Of a stretch of 64,000 bases of DNA, positions 58,474 to 64,000 are shown piece after piece. Source of the stretch: Candidatus Nomurabacteria bacterium RIFCSPHIGHO2_02_40_30 (GTDB lineage Bacteria > Patescibacteriota > Minisyncoccia > Phycocordibacterales > UBA9973); contig MFTV01000016.1 in NCBI GenBank assembly GCA_001785445.1, positions 6,259-70,258 of the forward strand, written 5' to 3'. The position numbers and the translations under genes are program-made. Every line of letters begins with the position of its first letter. Positions within the stretch are counted from its first letter, which is position 1. The notes under the pieces are model-generated. The model did not search any database. It was not told the origin of the DNA and saw nothing but the letters and a program-made list of their open reading frames with translations.

Positions 58474-60231
58474 TTAACCAAATGTGAAAGTAAAAACTTG
58501 CATACCCCCTTTTTTAATTTTTAACATAAGTGTATGCTCTTCGTAATCTATTCCTTGAATAATTTTATAAAGCATTTCACTTTTAATGAAAATTGTTCTA
58601 TCTAATTTTCCGTCAATAAAAATTTCAATCTCGGCTTCTGTTTTAGAACTGGCAACCATATATACATTTTTTGCTTTATATTTGAAAACAACACTTCCCC
58701 CACCGAAATTTTCCGCATATTCGGCAGTTATAGACCATGCTCCACCCAAGTAAAGATTATTTATTTTTATCTCATCTGGAATGGTTAAATTTTGGGTGCC
58801 AGAAATACCAGCATTGCCATTGGACAGCCTCTCATTTCGCGTTGAGCCAAAGTAAATTTCCGGACTGCCTATACCACTAAACAAAACTTCTATCTTATTT
58901 GCTGGATTTGAAATATCTAGCGGCATTGTGTCTGCGTTGCCTAATTTATAACTCCTTTCTTGCAATGCTTTCTGTATTTCTTTTTCTGTTTCTGTGTATT
59001 TTCCTTCTCCCGCATGGTCGTAAATAATATAGCCGTCTATGTCAATCAGGTACTTACGCGGCCAGTATTGGTTTTTATACGCCTGCCAAGTGGAAAAATC
59101 GTTATCTAGCACAACAGGATATTTGATACTAAAATCTTTAACCGCTTCTTCTACATTTTTCAAAATCCTTTCAAAAGAGAATTCTGGAGTATGCAGACCT
59201 ATAATTACTAGCCCCTTGTCCTCATACTTCTTATGCCATTCATTCAGATACGGTATTGTTCTTTGGCAGTTAATACAACTGTAAGTCCAAATATCGAGCA
59301 ATACCACTTTTTTGCCCTTGAACTCTGAAATAGTAATAGGTTTATTGTCGGTATTTATATAACCATCAATGGAGCTTAGGTCTGGCGCCAAAATAAATTT
59401 TTTGCTTTTCTGTTCAGGAGTTAGAAAATTGTTTTTACCTTGTTCTTCTTCAGGTTTTTCAGTTTTAAGTTCTATTACAGTTTTATCTTCTAAATTTGTT
59501 TGTGAATTTAAGTCTAGTAAATTCTGTTCTACTTTAGTAACATCAAAAAACCCCGCATCCAGAAGAGAAATTTGCAGTTGTTTGTCATAACCGGTAAGTA
59601 TGCCAAGACTGACCAAGATAAAAATTACGCCTAGAGTCCTTTTAAACCAGCCATATGGATCTAGGGTAAAATTTAGTTTGTTCATAATTCTTTGGCCCAA
59701 AATTGACACAAGTAGAAGCGCCAAGCACAAGCCGACAGTGTAAGTAAAAAGATAAAGTATTCCCACTGCCGGTCGCACCGGCAGCACAGTTGCAAGAATT
59801 ACAAAATAAGTCGGGCTACAAGCCGAAAAAATAGGGCCAAGAGATGCGCCGACAATTATATCCCCCCAGATGTCATTTCTCTGATAACCACTCATCAGAA
59901 CTTTATTTCCCCCTGTATTTAGCCTCCAAACAAAAGGTAAGTTCTCCCAAAGGTTTGGGAAAAGAGTAACAAGACCGAAAATAAAAATTATTCCGCCTGA
60001 TATATATTTCCAAAAGTCTTGCGGAATATTTACAAAAAAAGTACTGACTTTAAGAATTAAAGTAAAAAGAATAACTGAAATACCAAGAGATGTAATTACT
60101 ACAAACACCCTTCTTTGACTTAGAGTGGGGTCAGATAAAGAACGCCCGACAATTACTGGCAATAGCGGCAGTATGCACGGCGCCAAAATTGTAAGTACAC
60201 CAGCGACAAAAGATATAATAAAAAACGCCAT
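58474..60231 (-). CDS. DipZ-like protein (CcdA + thioredoxin + C-terminal domain)
   Basis: PCILPLLP, WTYSCINC, GLHTPEF, NQYWP, FTFG end. Confidence 0.92.
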   Translation of the reverse strand: MAFFIISFVAGVLTILAPCILPLLPVIVGRSLSDPTLSQRRVFVVITSLGISVILFTLILKVSTFFVNIPQDFWKYISGGIIFIFGLVTLFPNLWENLPFVWRLNTGGNKVLMSGYQRNDIWGDIIVGASLGPIFSACSPTYFVILATVLPVRPAVGILYLFTYTVGLCLALLLVSILGQRIMNKLNFTLDPYGWFKRTLGVIFILVSLGILTGYDKQLQISLLDAGFFDVTKVEQNLLDLNSQTNLEDKTVIELKTEKPEEEQGKNNFLTPEQKSKKFILAPDLSSIDGYINTDNKPITISEFKGKKVVLLDIWTYSCINCQRTIPYLNEWHKKYEDKGLVIIGLHTPEFSFERILKNVEEAVKDFSIKYPVVLDNDFSTWQAYKNQYWPRKYLIDIDGYIIYDHAGEGKYTETEKEIQKALQERSYKLGNADTMPLDISNPANKIEVLFSGIGSPEIYFGSTRNERLSNGNAGISGTQNLTIPDEIKINNLYLGGAWSITAEYAENFGGGSVVFKYKAKNVYMVASSKTEAEIEIFIDGKLDRTIFIKSEMLYKIIQGIDYEEHTLMLKIKKGGMQVFTFTFG

Positions 60232-60233
60232 AA

Positions 60234-60704
60234 CTATTTTTTAATTTCAGAAACAAGTGAAAGGAGTGTGGGACTACCGCTCCATTTTTTTATCAGATTC
60301 CCATCTTTATCTACTTGCACCAAAGTATGCTGATAGGTTACCCCGTATTTTCTCTTTAGTTCACTTGAATTATCGTAGTCCACATCAAGGATGGTGAGAC
60401 TTTCCGGAATATTATTCGCCTTGATATCAGCATCTAGAGCCCTACAAGTCGGACACCAAGAGGCTCGGAAAAATAAAACTACATTATCAGCATTCTTTTG
60501 CATAGCAACTTTTTCTGCACTGTACGCCACGTAAGAATCAGATGCCGTCATTGTATCAACTTCATTCTTCATAGAACTCTTTTCTTTTAGTGTTCCCATG
60601 TTTGTTTTCACTGTTTCTTCTTCTTTTGAATTACCAGAAAAAAGAACACTCCCTCCAATGAGTGCTAAAACAACCAAAATGCAAATAATAATTTTTTGAT
60701 TCAC
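60234..60704 (-). CDS. Membrane-anchored thioredoxin-family protein
   Basis: FFRASWCPTC, YGVTYQHT. Confidence 0.9.
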   Translation of the reverse strand: MNQKIIICILVVLALIGGSVLFSGNSKEEETVKTNMGTLKEKSSMKNEVDTMTASDSYVAYSAEKVAMQKNADNVVLFFRASWCPTCRALDADIKANNIPESLTILDVDYDNSSELKRKYGVTYQHTLVQVDKDGNLIKKWSGSPTLLSLVSEIKK

Positions 60705-60758
60705 AAAAAGAATATATTACTTGTAATAACTAATAAGCATCTTAATTATAACATGTTC

Positions 60759-60843
60759 TGGTGCTCGGGGGGAGACTTGAACTCCCACGGCTTGCGCCAT
60801 ACGCACCTCAAGCGTACATGGTTACCAATTACATCACCCGAGC
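60759..60843 (-). tRNA. tRNA-Leu(GAG)
   Basis: Long variable arm, TACGC-TTGAGGT-GCGTA, encoded CCA. Confidence 0.95.
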
Positions 60844-60862
60844 GTTTTAATAGTATAACAAA

Positions 60863-61285
60863 TTACTCTGCAACTTTTTCTTCTGTTTCTGTGTCTAGGG
60901 TAGATGAGCGCATCTTGCGACGAACATCTTTGACTGCCTTAGTGCGAATATAGTAAAGCTTTGACCTCTTGGCATGAGACTTTTTAGTCGTTTCAATTTT
61001 GTCTATCATTGGAGAGTATAATGGAAAGATTCTTTCCACTCCGACGCCTGAAGCCACTTTGCGTACAGTAAAAGTTGCGCCAATTTCTTTGCCATGTTTT
61101 CGTCCGAGCACCATGCCCTCAAAAGCCTGCAAGCGATATTTGCTTGCCCCGCCCTTGGCGGGGCTTTTTTCGTCTAAAATTTTGGACGAAACACGCACCA
61201 CATCACCGGCTCTAAAATCAAGCTTGGCGCGAGCCTCCATGTCTACTGGACTAAGTTTAATATTGCCAATCTTATTTCCTGTCAT
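60863..61285 (-). CDS. rplS: 50S ribosomal protein L19
   Basis: FRAGDVVRV, QAFEG, GVGVERIFP, KLYYIR. Confidence 0.97.
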   Translation of the reverse strand: MTGNKIGNIKLSPVDMEARAKLDFRAGDVVRVSSKILDEKSPAKGGASKYRLQAFEGMVLGRKHGKEIGATFTVRKVASGVGVERIFPLYSPMIDKIETTKKSHAKRSKLYYIRTKAVKDVRRKMRSSTLDTETEEKVAE

Positions 61286-61324
61286 AGTTGGTACAATCTA
61301 ACATAAAAAAATTTCAAAAGCAAT

Positions 61325-63031
61325 TTAAGAAACCTCTTCTTGATAACACTTTTCGCAGTATACTATCTCTAGTCTTTCGGGCGCGTAAGAAGTTTTTATG
61401 GGAGTACTGCATTTCATACAGATACGATCGTAAAGCTTTGGCAGTTGAATTTTACCAAAACGTTCTTTGTATCTACACTCTGGGCAGCTTCTCGGTATAG
61501 GAAGATTAAATTTTCGCAAGAAAGAAAGCTCATTGGGCACAATTTTGAAACCTCTTTTGCAAATAGCGCACTCTATAGTATCTTCTAGAATGCTATCTGA
61601 TACATTGTTTATCATATCCGGCAAATCTTCTGCTTTTATCGTAATTGTATAGACCGGCTTCTCGGATTCAAACCAAGTAAATCCTTTTTGTAATGCTTGA
61701 CTTTCATTTAATGGAAAATATTCTTGCGCCATTGTTTCATTGTAGCCAAATGGCGATATTATCGTAGGGAAAAATTCTCCATATTTATATACCCCGCCTT
61801 TTTCATCTACATATGGATTTTTATCCATGTCAGAAATAATTTTAGCTTTTAGTTTCTCATATTCTTCTTTTGAGTACTCTTTATTTAAAATACAATATTG
61901 TTTCTTCTTGAGATTTATACAGCCAAAAGAATTTTTACAGCCATTAATGGCATACGTGCAGTATTCCAGATTCATTGCATTTGGAAAACACTCATCGCTA
62001 AAACGACAATTCGAAGCTCCTTCACCAACAATACTACACTCATAAATCTTTTCTGAGTTGTTGCCCCAGCCAGTATAATCATAGGCGTCTTTAGTCTTGG
62101 GTAGTGTCAAAAATTGAGCAAATCGAGTATCTTCTGCACCTGAACATATATATACATCGTGAGCATTTTTTGACTGAAAAACATATTCACCAGTAATATT
62201 TTTGTTTCGACTATCTCCCCTATAAAACCTACGTGGAAATTGTAAGGAAAAATTTTCTAATTCTTTTAAAGTTGATTGAACAGTCTGCCATGAAGCCATG
62301 TTAATCTCGACCATTTTTTCCTTGTATTCTTCTTTAGTGTATTGAACATTCCAAATACAATAATTTTTCTTGCGAAGGTTTACACAACCAAAACAATTGG
62401 AGCAATCAAAACAATTTCTGGAAAAATACACATCATGACAATCTCCACAATCAATAGTGAAATGACAATTATACAATTTGTGTCCACCAATAGACCCATA
62501 ACAAAGTTCAGATTCATGTAGATAATAACAGTCTACACAGTCACGAATTTTAGCTAACATCATGCTATAAAGAGAATTTTCTACGTAATCAGCATAGTAA
62601 GTAAAGTAAGAATTTTTCTGCCAACCTGTAAAATTTGTGTAGGGAGTGTTAATATTTGAAGTGTAGGTGCATTGAAGCGCCATATAAGGAGTTTGGTGTG
62701 TTAATTCTTCCATTTGTTCAAAAAAAGTTCTTGATGGATCATAATCCATTCCATATTCAGTCCCATCCCAAGTATCTCCCCACCAGCAAGGATTGCAATA
62801 AACTTTTATTTTCTTTTCATTAGGGTACATTGAGATTACACTTTTTCCACAAAGATCACATAGTCTTTTATAAAGTGTGCGCACATTTAAAAAAGAAAGA
62901 CGCCTTATCAACCGGCATTCCGAACACCAAGTCGGTGGCGGGACTTTCATTTTTTTGTAGAAATTAAAATCTTCCGATTCTAGGGTGAAGTCTTTTTTGC
63001 AGTTCTGGCATTTTTTAGTCTCTGCTTCCAT
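61325..63031 (-). CDS. Cys-rich zinc-ribbon/solenoid hypothetical protein
   Basis: Terminal CxxC pairs; two CFGC.NL.KK.YCI.N..Y.KEEY repeats. Confidence 0.75.
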   Translation of the reverse strand: MEAETKKCQNCKKDFTLESEDFNFYKKMKVPPPTWCSECRLIRRLSFLNVRTLYKRLCDLCGKSVISMYPNEKKIKVYCNPCWWGDTWDGTEYGMDYDPSRTFFEQMEELTHQTPYMALQCTYTSNINTPYTNFTGWQKNSYFTYYADYVENSLYSMMLAKIRDCVDCYYLHESELCYGSIGGHKLYNCHFTIDCGDCHDVYFSRNCFDCSNCFGCVNLRKKNYCIWNVQYTKEEYKEKMVEINMASWQTVQSTLKELENFSLQFPRRFYRGDSRNKNITGEYVFQSKNAHDVYICSGAEDTRFAQFLTLPKTKDAYDYTGWGNNSEKIYECSIVGEGASNCRFSDECFPNAMNLEYCTYAINGCKNSFGCINLKKKQYCILNKEYSKEEYEKLKAKIISDMDKNPYVDEKGGVYKYGEFFPTIISPFGYNETMAQEYFPLNESQALQKGFTWFESEKPVYTITIKAEDLPDMINNVSDSILEDTIECAICKRGFKIVPNELSFLRKFNLPIPRSCPECRYKERFGKIQLPKLYDRICMKCSTPIKTSYAPERLEIVYCEKCYQEEVS

Positions 63032-63035
63032 GAGA

Positions 63036-63698
63036 TTATTTTATCATCTTTTTAAACTCTGCTGGTACGGATGATTCCACTTTTACAATTTTGCCTTTTA
63101 AGTTTTTAAATTCTATAGATCTGGCGTGAAGTGCTAGACGTGAGATGCCTTTAGGACAAGGGCCATTTGGGTTGTAAAGCGAATCACAGGCGACAGGATA
63201 GTTTAAGAATTTCATATGCACACGGATCTGATGCGTGCGGCCAGTTTTAGGTTTAATCTCAAGATAAGTAAATTTTTCTTTTTGACTAAAGAATCTCTTA
63301 AGAATCTTATACTCTGTAACAGCTTCTCTCATCTCTCCTCTTGCTCCTCGGCCGGCCAGATGCCGACGGAAATCTTTCGGGCTTCTGCCTATAGGCTTAT
63401 TTATAACCCCTCGATCATTTTTTACCCAGCCATTTACAATAGCAATATAAGTTTTCTTCACTTCCCTGTTCGCAAACTGTTGCTTTAAAAATTCGTGAGC
63501 TTTGCGATTTTTAGCTAAAAGCATAACTCCGGAAGTTTCTTTATCTAGTCTATGCACTAATTCGATTTTAGGATATTTTTTTAAAAACAAATCAAGAATA
63601 GTTTTTTCCTTTGTTCTTTGGTCTCCATGCACTAAAATACCAGATGGTTTTTCAATCGCTAAAATATTAACATCTTCGTACAAAACTTTTATTTTCAT
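63036..63698 (-). CDS. RluA-family pseudouridine synthase
   Basis: KPSG, HRLDKETSG, TGRTHQIRVH, LHA. Confidence 0.95.
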   Translation of the reverse strand: MKIKVLYEDVNILAIEKPSGILVHGDQRTKEKTILDLFLKKYPKIELVHRLDKETSGVMLLAKNRKAHEFLKQQFANREVKKTYIAIVNGWVKNDRGVINKPIGRSPKDFRRHLAGRGARGEMREAVTEYKILKRFFSQKEKFTYLEIKPKTGRTHQIRVHMKFLNYPVACDSLYNPNGPCPKGISRLALHARSIEFKNLKGKIVKVESSVPAEFKKMIK

Positions 63699-63793
63699 AA
63701 AATTTGTGGCTACAAATAATTTCTCGCCGTCGCTCGAAATTTTCGCAGCCCGCCCCTCGTGGTTTTGCGTGTTCGCAAAACATCACTGCGGTC

Positions 63794-63843
63794 GGCACAA
63801 AAGTTAGAAAAATAAAGCAGTTTATTTTTCTAACTTTTGTGCC
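63794..63843. repeat. Perfect 23-bp inverted repeat overlapping the tRNA-Arg 3' end
   Basis: GGCACAAAAGTTAGAAAAATAAA-gcag-TTTATTTTTCTAACTTTTGTGCC. Confidence 0.85.
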
Positions 63844-63911
63844 CCCGGCAAGAATCGAACTTACATTAGAAGGTTAGAAACCTTCTGTTCTATCCATTAA
63901 ACTACGGGGGC
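63840..63911 (-). tRNA. tRNA-Arg(UCU)
   Basis: GAAGG-TTTCTAA-CCTTC anticodon arm. Confidence 0.95.
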
Positions 63912-63913
63912 AG

Positions 63914-63986
63914 TGCGCGATGCAGGACTCGAACCTGCGACCTTGATGGTGTAAACATCCTGCTCTACCAACTGAGCTAATCGCGC
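63914..63986 (-). tRNA. tRNA-Val(UAC)
   Basis: GATG-TTTACAC-CATC anticodon arm, GTTCGAGTC. Confidence 0.95.
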
Positions 63987-64000
63987 ATTTTGCTTATTTA

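Noticed and set aside
99-63807. Numerous 60-190 aa antisense or overlapping ORFs in the track (e.g. 13908-14432, 24749-25288, 30791-31357)
   Set aside because: Shadows of well-supported genes with no recognisable motifs

Overview
AT-rich chromosomal segment of a small-genome bacterium. Gene content points to Patescibacteria/CPR, probably Parcubacteria (inference): no rpmD in the spc block, no rplA after rplK, class II RNR, archaeal-type pyrH/cmk, and the standard genetic code. The backbone is the str/S10/spc ribosomal superoperon on the minus strand, broken by several insertions, plus secE-nusG-rplK, infC-rpmI-rplT, ftsH, smpB/tmRNA, 5 tRNAs and a 6S-like RNA. The most notable signals are: (1) a thymidylate-synthase homolog with Asp at the dUMP-specifying Asn177 position, clustered with DHFR, two dCMP-deaminase-family genes, a MazG-like enzyme, a nucleotide N-glycosidase and a putative folate uptake/glutamylation operon, suggesting a dCMP -> 5-methyl-dCMP -> dTMP route; (2) two stand-alone Cas2/PaaX-like genes, each bracketed by its own 30-36 bp palindromes with no CRISPR array, resembling a REP/RAYT-like element; (3) an islet flanked by a duplication of the rpmB 3' end, carrying a structured ncRNA and a convergent nuclease-like gene; (4) a poly-G promoter spacer in front of a surface protein; (5) tRNA-Ile(UAU), a 29-aa tmRNA tag, several MITE/REP families and palindromes inserted in frame in ribosomal proteins. 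All calls come from reading the sequence by eye; no database searches were run.
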